In this document: positions 26,165 to 38,699 of the stretch, piece by piece
How positions within the stretch are numbered: position 1 is the stretch's first letter
Layout: every line of letters begins with the position of its first letter
DNA from: Eledone cirrhosa
Taxonomy: Eukaryota
Direction: 5' to 3'
Assembly: GCA_964016885.1 (NCBI GenBank)
Contig: OZ024741.1
Coordinates: 37,448,001-37,512,000 of the forward strand
DNA length: 64,000 nt
The notes under the pieces: model-generated
Seen by the model: only the letters and a program-made list of their open reading frames with translations
What the model was told of the DNA's origin: nothing
Database searches by the model: none
Translations under genes and position numbers: made by a program

Positions 26165-26270
26165 AATATGGTTTTATAAATATAGTTTCCATTTGTTTAA
26201 TATCGTATATATATATATATATATATATATATGAATGAATGAATGAATGAATGAATGAATGAATACATAT

Positions 26271-26594
26271 GGAGGCACACGGCTTAGTGGTTAGAGCATT
26301 GGCCTTGCAATCGAAAGGTTGTGAGTTCAATTCTCAGACCGGGCGATGTGTTGTTTCCTTGAGCAAGACACTTTATTTCACATTGCTCCAGTTTACTCAG
26401 CTGTAGAAATGAGATGCGGTCCCTATCATTCCACTGCAAAGTGGTCGTGGAGGTGCCACAGCAAAAAAGCACCCAGCACTCACTGTAAATGAGGTTGGTG
26501 TTAGGAAGGGCATCCAGCTGTAGAAATCAAGCCAGAATCAGTTCTCGTCCAACCCTTGCAAGCAAGGAAAAGTGGACGTAAAATGAAATGAATG
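26271..26594 (+). mobile_element. full-length chimeric tRNA-SINE family S1
   Basis: A/B boxes, CORE-like segment, body matching the RTE-C 3' UTR, tail matching the RTE-A 3' end. Confidence 0.88.
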
Positions 26595-27719
26595 TATATA
26601 TATATTCATTTATTATAGCTAAGTAGTGAGCCTTGTTACTCTGGAGTTACATCTGCACACTCACAGGATCATCAGACAAGACTAAAGTTTCAAAAACAGA
26701 AACATTATAATTAGAAGAAGGGGATGGTAGGTGTTTTTGAATGGGTGTGTAGGGAGCGAAAGAAAGAAGTAATGAAAAGAGGAAGGTGAAGAAGAAGGAA
26801 GTATAGAAAGAACTAAGAGAAATAAGGGAGATATGGACATGGCATGATTGTTGATGATGATGATTAAGTTGATAATAGGAATTTGGAAGATTAGCAAAAG
26901 TGGAGAAGTTTCGGGATGAATAAGGTAAATGAGATTAATAGAAGATAGGTGGTAAGGTGGGTATATATCTATTGGTAGGGGTGAATAAAATAATTTACTG
27001 AAAAATAGAATTACTTGAGAAAACAGCGGGTGTGGTATACATGATCCATTATGTTATCACTTTAATTTCATTAATTTCAACCTTATCATCACCATCATCA
27101 CATATACTGTACCCCTTGTCTTTTCAATTACATTTTCCCCTAAATATTTTATGTATCTCCACCAATTGACTCACACTCACCTATGTTATTTTCTATTCGT
27201 CATAACCTCAGACTTCCACTTTATCTCGATCACACCTTTATATGTCTACATATTAAAATGTGTATATTTATATTCACATGGGCACAGTCTCTGTTACCCT
27301 CTCTGTACATATACAGATATAACTTTATTGTACTCTTCAGCTGCTAGCACAGTTTTTAATATATATATCTTAATTAACTACTGACATGAACACTATATGC
27401 AAATTAATACGTCGATTTCAGAATATCACAAAGACCCAATGGGTATATAAGCTCATCAAATATGTGTTTTCTTATGGTTGTTTAAATGATATATACACGA
27501 GGATCCAACTAGGTCCAAAATTTGATTAAAGGTATTTATCATTTTTTCAATTTACAGGGAAATTCATCCTTTTTGGAATGTTTACATGTCTACATATTAA
27601 TAATGTGTATATTTATATACACATTGGCGCTGTCTCAGTTACCCACTTTGTATGTATACAGATATAACTATATTATACATTTCAGCTGTTTAGCAAACTT
27701 CTTAATATATAGCTAATCT

Positions 27720-28950
27720 CTCATAGGCTGAGGTCATAAGAGCAATTTAAAGTGTTCAAACGTGGCAAGGCCACTGGGGTGGAAGAAATTCGGCCCAAGA
27801 TGTTAAAAGTCTTAAATAGAGATTCTCTGACTGACTTGTGTGTCCTGGGTAGCCTGGATCTCTGGAAAGACACCTAAACAATGGTAATCAGGAGTGATAA
27901 CCCTAATTTTCAAAAAGGGAGACAAAAGAGATTGCTCCAATTATAGATGGATCTTGTTAAGTTTCCCTGGTAAAGGTTATGGTAAGTGTCTGGAAAAAAG
28001 ATGGAGATTGTGAAGTCTAAGCTAGCTGATGCTCAGTGTGGTTTTCACCCCAGACGCAGCACAGCCAATCAAACACTGCTGCAGGTCTTTCAGAAATTAT
28101 GGAAGTACTGCCAAGAGGTATATTCTTGCTTTGTAGACACAACTGTGTTCCACAAGATCTGCTGGGGAAGGTTCTGCAAGAGTATGGGAGTGATAGTTAG
28201 CTTGTTGCCCTGATGTCTCAATGTGAATGCCCGAGAATTTGTGAATGGATAAATGGTGTCTAAGACCGTCGTGAGACAGGTTAGTTTTATAGTACTGATG
28301 TACTGCATGTAGGCGGCGGCTGCAGCTTTTTGAGGTTGCGGTTGCCAGCAACATCAACTTGGCTATGGCTATCCTGGCCAGTATGAGAGGAACCGCAGGA
28401 TCAGAGCAATGGTTTGCGCACTCGCTCGATAGAGCGATGGTGCCAGGCTGCCTCTGAGCGGTAACGGCTGAACACCTCTAAGCCGGAACTGTAGTCGGAC
28501 CCGAGTTGTTTTTCGAAAACGTCTCAATCTTCTTAAGGCACATGCCTTAGTTTGTCAATTGCCGTCCATTCGGCGTGCGCGTCGGCAGTGCCAGCGGAAT
28601 TGTCATTCTGGGACGGCGACTTAGTCGTCGTCATCCATTTGATTTGTCAAAAAGGATCGCTTGTATACGACTCGACTTGCCGTTCGGAGTGATGTGCTTA
28701 GTAGAGCAGCTACCACACTGCGATCTATTGTGTCGCTTCTCACGAATGAAAAGACACTTTATCTTTTGCGAGTGTAAACTCGGCCGAAGAAGAAGATAAA
28801 TGGTGCTAAATCAAAACCATTTAATGCGGGAGTCGGACTGTGTCAAGAGTGTGTACTGTCACCTCTACTGTTCATTATTTTCATGAACAGGATTGACATG
28901 TGCAGCCAGGTTGGAAGTGGTATCACGACTGGCAAGTGCAGAATCACCTG
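27720..28950 (+). mobile_element. old degenerate RTE (Rex3/Expander-like) RT fragment, interrupted at 28259-28794
   Basis: GKATGVEEIRPKMLK, PNFQKGR..CSNYR, AQCGFHPRRSTANQ; after the insertion [30 protein letters not shown]. Confidence 0.8.
28259..28794 (+). pseudogene. retroposed 3' end of 28S (LSU) rRNA with TSD and (GAA)n tail
   Basis: AGACCGTCGTGAGACAGGTTAGTTTTA; sarcin-ricin loop AGTA(T)GAGAGGAACC at 28380; CTGAAC(A)CCTCTAAG; AGTAGAGCAGC..CTGCGATCTATTG; flanked by GATAAATGGTG direct repeats. Confidence 0.9.
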
Positions 28951-30339
28951 TTCTGGAATTTGCAATTGACAATGTGGGCTTTTCGTTTCATCTTTTCAAG
29001 GTTGATGAATAAACTATTAATCAAGTAATTGGGTTGATTCTTCTTTCTTGATTTTTTTTCTGTCTAGAAGTAATTGGTACTGTTCAGACCTGGAGAGGAT
29101 TAGGCTCTGCTAGGTCTGAAATGCTGAAGACATTATCATGATTCTACCCTTGTGACTTTATCAGGAGTTCTGGGCCTTATGGATATTTACATGTAACATT
29201 TACAGAGAGGATTCTTAAGTCATGTAAAGGACAAGACAATTTCTCTAGTACTGCTGTCATGATAAAAAAAAAGTACTGGTGCCACTCAGTACACTTAGTG
29301 AAGTGGTTGGCAATAGGAATGACATCCCGTCATAGAAACCATGCCAAAAAGGACTGTTTCTGGGTGAGATGTGGACTCCTGACTTATCTTGAAGCACAGT
29401 AGCTCCAATTAAGTTCTGGGTTGGTCTGTAACAACTTGTCCAACCCATTTCAGCTTGGAAAAATGAATGTAAAATGATGATGGATGACATTGTAACATAT
29501 ATTATGAATTGAGGTTCTGTTGGTCCAGTAGATAAGTGACATGCTAGGTTTTCATGTATTTTCATGAGAAAAACTGACTTACACACAAGTTTATATGCTT
29601 CATTTTATTACATTTCATTTTTTATTTTTATTTTCAATTGCCCAATCAAAGTTCAATAGATTATAGTTTGAATTAAAAAGTTTTAAAAAACATTTCTTAG
29701 AAAATAATTAGATATTTCATAACTAATTTGCCTGTTGAGTCTTGAATCTTGTAATAATAATGCTAAGTGGTTAAAGTGATTATCATCCTGTAGGTCATTT
29801 CAGTCTTTTTTTTTTTTCAATTATATTTTTTGCAGACCATCAGGAAATCTGATGACTATCCACATAAGGATTAAGTAGGCTTCAGTTGACTGAGGATCCA
29901 ACTTTTCTCACAGACAACAAGTAAGTTCATTTTATTATTAAGTTGGATTTTTATATAAGATCTCTTAGCATGTGAGAGCCATGAGTGTATTGTCAATAGT
30001 TGAAGTGTCCTTGTTATATAGAAAAGTTGATCCTTCTCAGCTATTGACAAACACATTGTTGCTGTAGGACAACTCTGGCAAAAGGCATTAGTAGTTGTTT
30101 TTTTTTTTAAGACATTTTTAAATATTTCTTTTTATTTTATAAAATTGTTTCTATTGCTTTATATATCTTAATTTTTATTAATTGATTTGTACTTTGTCGT
30201 GAAGAGCACTTATAATATTTCTTAGAATATATACAACTTTTTAATTTGTTACTTTTAAGTATTTTTTTGTTGTAAATATTCAAAATTTTTATCTTATTTA
30301 TGAAATTGGAAAATAAATCTGCTTTTGTTTATTATTGTT

Positions 30340-30347
30340 ATTATTTA

Positions 30348-30390
<43 letters not shown>
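30340..30390. repeat. (ATT)n microsatellite
   Basis: Directly visible. Confidence 0.95.
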
Positions 30391-32062
30391 GGTGATAGTT
30401 GTCATAGTATAACTATAAGTTCTCAGTAACCTAAATCTGGGAACCAGTTTCAATTTATAGAACTATTAATGCTTTTGGAAAAGGCATGAACATCATGTAT
30501 TCCATAATTCCAGTCTTATGAATTTGATATATTATGTCTGTGTATGAAATTAATATTTTGATGGCAGCATGGTTCTATGGTAAGTTCTCTGGGAATAAAT
30601 AATGTCTATGACTTAATTGGAACTATTTTTTTTTACTGACACTCTTGGAAAAAGTATAGATATAACAGTTACCATTTCCCTCCCCATATATATGTGCCTG
30701 AAATCTGTCTTGGACAGAGTGCCATCTTATAAGTATGTATGTTTCAAATCATTATGTCTGAATTATATTTGAAAATAACAGCAGATTGAACCCAAGATCA
30801 GAACTACTCACACTTTGAACCCTTACAATTAAAGACTTTTTTAGTTACTTATAAAAACTGATTTTTGAAATAGAGATTTTCAAATCAGGTGTTTTTGGAT
30901 AAACGCTTTTTACACAATGGAAAGTATCTGAAAACACAATTGAATTGTATATTTTGAGTGACATACCATGGATTGTCTTTGTAAAATGATGTTAATTATT
31001 GTTATAGGTTTTATTGTGGTGTAACTGTTTCAGAGGAAAGCATTGTTGTCTTTGAGTAAATAGATTTTTTGAAAATATTCAGAGTATTTTGAATAAGGAT
31101 ATTTATGCAACAACAGAAAGGGAATTGTACAACCAAAATAATATACATTGCAAATTTGGCAGGCGTGACTTGTATTACATCTGTTTTTAAAATAACTTTG
31201 AAATGACAACTAAAAATTTAAAGTGGTTTATCTAGGTTGCCATTGCATAATGTTTTCACAGATATAAATAAACTTGATGATCCTTGCTCAGTTCATTTAA
31301 TTGTTATCAAAGGACTGGCAATGTGGAACTTAGATAAATAAGATTTGAGGTCTTTAGCTTAAATATATATTGTGTGTGTGTGTGTGTGTGTGTGTGTAGC
31401 TGGTACTTTTACATGAGGGAGGACAAGGAAGATATGGGATGAAGTGGTTAAGACTGATTCCAAGAGGGTGAACATCTTTAATGTACATTATTCTCATTAA
31501 ATATGTTATAGAAAGAAATGATTGTTTCTTATTTATAAATTGTAGATATATCCCAATTATCTTCTGAAAAGTCTCTTTCTTCACTTTCTCTTTGTCTCTC
31601 TATCTCTCTTTTGCTGATCCTTTCACTTCTGTTTAGGCTCTGATGTGTCATCACCTTTTAAATCTTGGAAAGATGCTATGGAAGAAATACTAGATTATTA
31701 TAACACCATATATTTTCTAAGTAGTGCTTGTGATATGATAAAATATACCTACTACACCCTGTAATGTGATTGGTGATCAAACAGAAACATTATAAGGTAG
31801 AGAGGACTCTTCATTTTTGCTGAATATATGACAACTTCTCTAGTGCTGGTGCCACGATGAAATGCACCCTGACTCTGAAAAATGGTAATTTTAGTGCCAT
31901 GATAAAATGCATCCAGTTTGCTCTGTAAATGGTTATCGTTAAGAAAAGCATCTAGTCATAGAAACCATGCCAAAATATGGAACGTATGAGCAAAATATGG
32001 TTATCTGATCTGTTTTGTCTCTGACTGTGATGACCCCTAAAACCATTGAAAACGCACATAAA

Positions 32063-32140
32063 ATGAGGATGATGATGATGATGATGACAATGATGAAAAT
32101 GATGATGATGATGATGATGACAATGATGATGATGATGATG
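32063..32140. repeat. (ATG)n microsatellite, extended tail of a degenerate RTE-related SINE
   Basis: Directly visible; preceded by a degenerate SINE body at 31830-32062. Confidence 0.85.
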
Positions 32141-32479
32141 TCGTTCAGACAGGTTATCATGGGTATGACTTTTTCTTCTCACTGCTCTAGTATTTCATAA
32201 ACAACATTTGTTTGCTTTGTTATTTTGATGCAATTTGTTTTGTTTTTCTTCAGTTAATGATGAATTACTCAGTTGCAATAGTGAAGCACATCATTTGTAT
32301 GGAGTAGTCTTAGATTTTCTTCTCATAAATCAACAAATAAGTCTGGAATTTGAGAAGTCTAAAGGGTGATGTGTAAAAAAGAAAAAATAGCATGCTATAG
32401 TTTCATAAGTTGGAATTATTGTAAATTGTCATGGGAATATCAAGGAAGAAAAATGGATTCAATGTTTTGCAGATGTGGT

Positions 32480-33010
32480 TGGTGTCAGAAAGGAAATTGG
32501 GAAGTTTAAGCCTCAGTAGCTACATATTGAAGATGACAGTTATAGTATTACGGAAATGAGAATGGTTCAGTGGATTAGCAAAGTATTGCTGAGAGAGGGA
32601 AAGAGGGGACAACAATGAATTGTTGATGATGATGGGAATAGAACCAGTGATGAATGTTGTGAAGAGAAATGGAATGAGATGGCTGGGTCATGTGTTGAGG
32701 AAAGATGAAAGTGACTGGGTGAGAAGAGTAGTGGGAATAGAGCCAGTGGTGAATGTTGTGAAGAGAAATGGAATGAGATGTTTGGACCCTCTGTTGAGCA
32801 ATGATAAAAGGGATTGGGTGAAAGGAATGGTGGAAATAAATTTGAAAGGAAGGGAAGATGAAGAAAGACATGGCTAAAGAAGATGGAGGAGAAAATGAAA
32901 GGGAGTTGGTGTGTGGGGATGCAGACAATAGAGCAATATGGAAAAGCTTGTCATGGGCCTGCATGGCTAACCGAGCTTTAGCAGGGAAAATAGTTTTAAA
33001 ATGATCATTG
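32480..33010 (+). mobile_element. old RTE 3' fragment with ~100-bp internal duplication
   Basis: EMRMVQW..., MRWLGHVLRKDESDWV; GGGAATAGA.CCAGTG.TGAATGTTGTGAAGAGAAATGGAATGAGATG occurs twice. Confidence 0.75.
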
Positions 33011-33309
33011 TTGTTATTGTTATATTACAAAGGTTTCAGTGTCATAGAAACTTACAGCTTCACTTGTAGTTATGTTCACAGAATGATGAGTCTGTGAGAA
33101 GACAGAGCATGTAGAAAGTTATGGTGCTGAGTTTAAATATATTTATATATATACGGCACATTTGTAGAGTCATTAAGGAATAGAAAGAAATATCTTGGAG
33201 TGTTTGTTCCAGCACTATGCTCTGAGTTCAAATTCCAGCTAGGTCAATTTTGTCTTTCATCCTTTCAACAACAACACTTGTTTTAAAGCCATTCTTCTTA
33301 TGCATCCAT

Positions 33310-33960
33310 CACCAACAAATGTCTGCATCAAAAAGGAGGATGTGGGGATCATGGACGATTTCACCTACTGCAGAAACTCTATCAACAGAAGTGGGGACAT
33401 GGTGAAAGAAATTAATTGCAGAATAGGTAAAGCTTCAGCTGTCATTAAGCAACTCAACAAGATCTGGAGAAGCAAATAACTTCCGTTTGATACCAAGATG
33501 AGATTTTACATCAGCAATTTGCTTCCAACACTCCTGTATGGCTGCAAAATGTAGAGTGTGAAGACTATCCAAGAGAACCAATTAGATGTTTTTGACACCA
33601 AATGACTACAGAAATTCCTTGGCATCAGGTGGGAAGACTTCATCACCAACAAAGAAGTCTGTTAACGAACCCACTAACAATGTGTATCTAACATAATGTG
33701 CAAGAGTCGACTAGGCTGGTTGGGACATATCACACAATTACCAAATTAGAAACATTAATCAGGTCCTGTATTGGTACCTCCATGGAAATAGGCAAAGAGG
33801 ATATCTCAAGATGAACTGGCAGCAGACAATTGAGAGACCTGAAACCTGTCAACAGAATTCAGAATGGTGTATTGATAGATGCAACTGACTGGTCATTGGA
33901 GCACTTTAACTGCCTCATGTGTCTCAAGACGCAGGAGCTTCTAATTCTAAATAAGTAAGT
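33310..33960 (+). mobile_element. old degenerate RTE-type LINE 3' portion
   Basis: DDFTY..., KEINCRIGKASAVIKQLNKIWRSK, PTLLYGC, RLGWLGHI; TAAGTAAGT tail. Confidence 0.75.
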
Positions 33961-35322
33961 TGGTGACCTAGTAGGATTTGAGAAATAGGTGAACAATTGC
34001 CATGGATTAGTGATGTATTATCAAAGAATACCCCAAAAGGGGAAATTTTAAAACATTTCAGTTTCTTAAGAACAACAGAATAGACATTGCACAACATGGA
34101 AAACTGATCTCTTTAACTGATGCCAGAAAAAGATAAAAGCAACCATGAAATTGATGATTTGTTGTTGTTGTTGGTGGTGGTGGTAGTTGTGATGATGTTG
34201 ATATCATCAGCACGGCATTTACCATCAAGCCAGGCTTCCAAGCAGGCGGTTTTACATATTCTTTTTCTCATGAATTCCGTTCATGAGAAGAGAAAGAAAT
34301 AAGGTTTTTAAATTTTTTTAATTTTTACTTATGTATATTTAAAAAAAATAAAATGCAGACAAAGCGTATGCAATGAGTCATTTAAAACAAACAGTTAAAC
34401 GTCTAGGAGGCCAGTGTTTGCAGAGCATATAACAGATGTTCTTTAGAAGGAAACTGTTGCAAATGAAGTGACCTTGACTGCTTTGCTTTCACCTACAACC
34501 TAATGATATATATAATATATTTTGCTTATCAAGCAGCATGTCTTATCAATGTTTCTTTTTTATGGTTTGTTGTGTTTTGGGAAAACTGATGTTCCTAGCA
34601 AAGTTTTCAAGTAGGCCATCCTCATCACCTGGAATAATCAAGTGTTGTCTCAGTCATCTTGTGTCTATTAGAGTGTGTGTGTGTATGCAAACACATATGT
34701 GCAAGCACACACACATGCACGCATATATGTAGTTTAATCAGGTGTTATATCTCAGAAACAGTAAGTGCTAGTTTAGTCCTTTCCTTACCATATTTCTAAT
34801 GAAAAACACTGCCTATGATTTTTAAATGATTTTGAAAATGATCAAGAATTTGGTGTGATTTAGTAAAATAACTAACTTCCTTATTACTAAGCTATTATTT
34901 GGAACATAACAGTTCTCACATAAAATCTTGATGGTAGACTTTTAGATAAATACTTTCAGGTCCCAAGTAATAGGAGGGGGTAATAAGTGCAGTGGAGGTT
35001 GGACATTTGCTTAAATTCTTATAAGTGGGGCGTGGGTGTGTGTGGAATAAAAGGTGGGAGGGTGGGGGTGGGGGTGGATCAGTAATTGTATAGTGTATAT
35101 TTGTAAATATGGGATTCCTTGTAATGTTCTTTTTTATATACTATCAAGACCTGATAGTATATAAATCCTTTAACTCTGTCATTACAATATTTCTAATGAA
35201 AGACACTGCTTATGTTTTTTAAATAATTTTGAAAATAATAAAAATTTTTCATTATTAAACAGATAACTTAAAGGTTTTTACATAAATATAAATATTTAAA
35301 AATAAACTGTTTTGTATTGTAG

Positions 35323-37412
35323 GTGAGCTTGCCCTCACAAGTGCTGAGAAGAAAGATGCATGGAAGAGTCATTATGATAGATTACTAAATGAGGAGAATG
35401 CATGGGAAGAAGAGACCCTACCCCACGTAGACCCTATAGAGGGACCAGCAGTACAAGTCAGCGGCAGCGTAGTAAGTAAGGCAATCAGAGATATGAAGAT
35501 AGGGAAGGCAACCGGTCCATCGGGTATAGCTGCCGAGATGCTGAAGGCATCTGGGTCTGTAGGTCACACTATAACCACACGTATCGTTAACCAGGTAATA
35601 CTAGAGGGGGCCATACCAAAAGATTGGTGCAGTAGCATCATTGTCAACTGCTACAAAGGTAAAGGCGATGCACTAGATAGAGGAAACTATAGAGGTATAA
35701 AGTTGATGGACCAGGTCATGAAAGTAACAGAAAGAGTTATAGCACAGCTGATTAGGGACCGGGTGAATATAGACGAGATGCAATTTGGGTTTGTTCCAGG
35801 GAAAGGCACCACTGATGCGCTCTTCCTTGTGAGGCAATTACAGGAAAAGTACCTAGCTAAAAGTAAGCCACTCTACTTGGCATTTGTCGACCTTGAGAAA
35901 GCCTTTGACAGAGTTCCACGTGCAGTAATCTGGTGGGCTCTTAGAAAACTAGGAGTAGATGAATGGCTTGTGAAAGCGGTACAAGCCATGTATAGGGGAG
36001 CAGTCAGCAAAGTTAGGATTGGCAATGAGTATAGCGAGGAATTTAGCGTACAGGTTGGGGTCCACCAGGGCTCTGTTCTTAGCCCTCTCCTGTTCATCAT
36101 AGTCCTGCAGGCAATAACGGAGGAGTTTAAGACCGGATGCCCATGGGAACTCCTGTATGCTGATGACCTCGCACTCATAGCTGAATCTATGGTAGAACTA
36201 GAGAATAAATTCCAAACCTGGAAGCAGGGACTAGAGAGAAAGGGCCTCAAAGTCAACATGACAAAGACTAAGGTCCTTATAAGTAGACGAGAAAACAGAA
36301 CCCAGATCCCCTCAGGGAAATGGCCTTGCTCAGTATGTAGGAAAGGTGTAGGTAGGAACTCCATTCTTTGCCCCAAATGCAAACAATGGGTACACAAGAG
36401 ATGTAGCGGGATCTCAGGAAGCTTAATTAAGAATGTAGGATTCACATGCAGCAGCTGTGCTGAAACAGCAAGCAAACAGCCACAGGAAACAAGTACCACC
36501 AATCTCTGGGAGGGCCCTGTAGAAACAGTAGACAGCTTCTGCTACCTAGGTGACCGAATTAGCAACGGAGGTGGGTGCTCAGAAAGTACAATAACTAGGG
36601 TAAGAACGGGATGGAAGAAGTTTAGGGAACTACTACCACTGCTAGCTGCAAAAGGCTTCTCCCTCAGAATGAAAGGCAGACTGTATGATGCGTGTATCCG
36701 AACAGCGATGTTGCATGGTAGTGAGACCTGGGCGCTGAAGGTGGAAGACTTACGTAGATTAGAGAGAAACGAAGCCTGCATGCTCCGATGGATGTGTAAC
36801 AGTAATATACGTGAACGACAAAGCATAAATGAATTGAGAGAGAGACTGAGCATAAGAGGAATCAAATGCTGCGTGCAGGAGAGGCGGTTACGCTGGTATG
36901 GACATGTGATGCGTATGAAGGATGACAGCTGCATAAAAAGGTGCAGAGCACTAGAAGTTGATGGAAACCGCGGAGTGGGGAGACCCAAGATGACTTGGGA
37001 TGAGGTGATAAAAGCCGACCTTACCCAACTACACCTCTCAAAGTCAATGACACACGACCGTGACTTCTGGCGTCACGCAGTAATACAGGGTACCCGACCT
37101 CCCATGGGTACATGCTGAAGCATATAAACAATATGCCCCCCCCCCCCACCGCAAGGTGGCCGTGGAGGTGCCACGGCAAAAAAGCACCCAGCCCACACTG
37201 TAAAGTGGACGTGTAGGCGCCACGAAAAAGCACCCAGCACTCACTGTAAATGAGGTTGGTGTTAGGAAGGGCATCCAGCTGTAGAAATCAAGCCAGATCA
37301 GTTCCTGTATGAGCAAGGCATGGTCAGCCGACCAGACACTGCCCACAACAGGACAACCCGTCTAACCCATGCTAGCGTGGAAGAACGGACGTAAAACGGT
37401 GATGATGATGAT
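35323..37412 (+). mobile_element. 5'-truncated RTE LINE family C copy
   Basis: Open frame through RT, ~290-nt 3' UTR, (GAT)n tail. Confidence 0.95.
35493..37118 (+). CDS. RTE reverse transcriptase with PHD-type finger (endonuclease lost to truncation)
   Basis: [46 protein letters not shown]; no stops in 541 aa. Confidence 0.9.
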   Translation: MKIGKATGPSGIAAEMLKASGSVGHTITTRIVNQVILEGAIPKDWCSSIIVNCYKGKGDALDRGNYRGIKLMDQVMKVTERVIAQLIRDRVNIDEMQFGFVPGKGTTDALFLVRQLQEKYLAKSKPLYLAFVDLEKAFDRVPRAVIWWALRKLGVDEWLVKAVQAMYRGAVSKVRIGNEYSEEFSVQVGVHQGSVLSPLLFIIVLQAITEEFKTGCPWELLYADDLALIAESMVELENKFQTWKQGLERKGLKVNMTKTKVLISRRENRTQIPSGKWPCSVCRKGVGRNSILCPKCKQWVHKRCSGISGSLIKNVGFTCSSCAETASKQPQETSTTNLWEGPVETVDSFCYLGDRISNGGGCSESTITRVRTGWKKFRELLPLLAAKGFSLRMKGRLYDACIRTAMLHGSETWALKVEDLRRLERNEACMLRWMCNSNIRERQSINELRERLSIRGIKCCVQERRLRWYGHVMRMKDDSCIKRCRALEVDGNRGVGRPKMTWDEVIKADLTQLHLSKSMTHDRDFWRHAVIQGTRPPMGTC

Positions 37413-38699
37413 GAACTAAGGGTAGTTTCAAATGTTTTGTTATCAAAAGAGTTAATTGCTTTTTTACTCTTGAGAATATCTGATGGTTCTATGCATCTGA
37501 ATTATGATGTGGTGTCTGAAAGGTTAAGGTTTAATTTAAGGTGTATTCAAAAATAAAATTCTTCAAACATTTTATTGTATCTCATATGGAAAAAAATAAT
37601 GTTCTGTTGCTTGCTTCCAATAACAAAGCTTCTTTGACTGGCGGTGAAATGATAGGGTCATTAGAATGTCGAACAGAAGGTTTTAGTATTCGTACTGGCT
37701 TTTTGTGCTCTCTGACTTCAAATCCTGCTGATGTCAACTTTGCTTTTCATTTTGTCAGTTTAATAAAAAAAAAAAAAAAAAGAATACCAGTCCAGTATTG
37801 GGTTTGATTCTTTCCCTATATCTCTTTCTCACCCCTCTCTCTCCTATGGAAGAAATTGGCTGTGTTCCAACCTGGACAGGCAATGAGCTCTGCCAGGTTT
37901 AAAGTGCCATTGTCAGTGCACCTATTTCTCCATCAGGAGATACTGGTTCATGCATACATACATTTTTTTAACCATTTATATACCAACTCGCTTGAAACCA
38001 TTTCTATTAAAGTGTTCATATTTAAATTCAAACCTTAGACTGAAATCTCATTATTACATGACAGACAATATTAAATTTCAAGAGTTAAATATTTGTCTTT
38101 TATTATTAGTTGAAAGTTATTTATTTCACTAAGCCTTTCATAATTCTTGATTACTTTGATAATTAAAATACAAAGATAATATATTCTTGTTAGAAATATG
38201 GTCAGAAAGGGATAAAATTTACAAAGCAGTGATGCTACTAATTTCTTTGTTAATTGTACAAATCTCACTGCCACAAATTGTGTTGTTTTTCTATGAAGGA
38301 ATCATAACTGTGCTTGCTCCAGTTTGTTTGACTTCACTGTTGAGTAAGTAGGGAGGTGGTTTGTGGACTCAGGGTGCCAGGTGTTTCTCAAGAAATCTAT
38401 TGGAGAGCTGCCAGTACTTTGTCAGCCTATGATTGTCAGCCTATCGAGCAATGGATCCTGGGTCAAACAGTGATTTCACTGGCTTGGAGAAAATATTGTT
38501 GTGTTACATCACAAATAAAGAACTTACTCATTTTCCATGAAAGTATGGAAAAATACATATAAAAGAGAAAAGAAAAAAAAGCACCACAAAATATGCCAGA
38601 ATAAAAAAAGAAATGTAAAAATAATTTTAAAATATAGAAAATGTTTGTGTGAATTCCATATTTCCCCAAACAATTGTATAGCTTATACTTGATAATGTT

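Larger units (their letters stand above)
25855..26210. repeat. 170-bp near-perfect inverted repeat (Penelope pLTR-like)
   Basis: 25855-26024 vs 26041-26210, 2 mismatches, 16-nt loop. Confidence 0.95.
35170..37455. mobile_element. degenerate TTAA-flanked (piggyBac-like) MITE split by the RTE-C insertion
   Basis: TTAACTCTGTCATTACAA ... TTGTTATCAAAAGAGTTAA imperfect termini; related pieces near 40291 and 50537-50683. Confidence 0.4.

Noticed and set aside
26271-26345. tRNA gene (also 8243, 43815, 42482)
   Set aside because: No proper acceptor stem and continuous with a SINE body; these are SINE heads.
28259-28794. Functional rDNA locus
   Set aside because: Only the last ~0.5 kb of the LSU, with substitutions in the sarcin-ricin loop, a TSD and a tail, inside a dead LINE.
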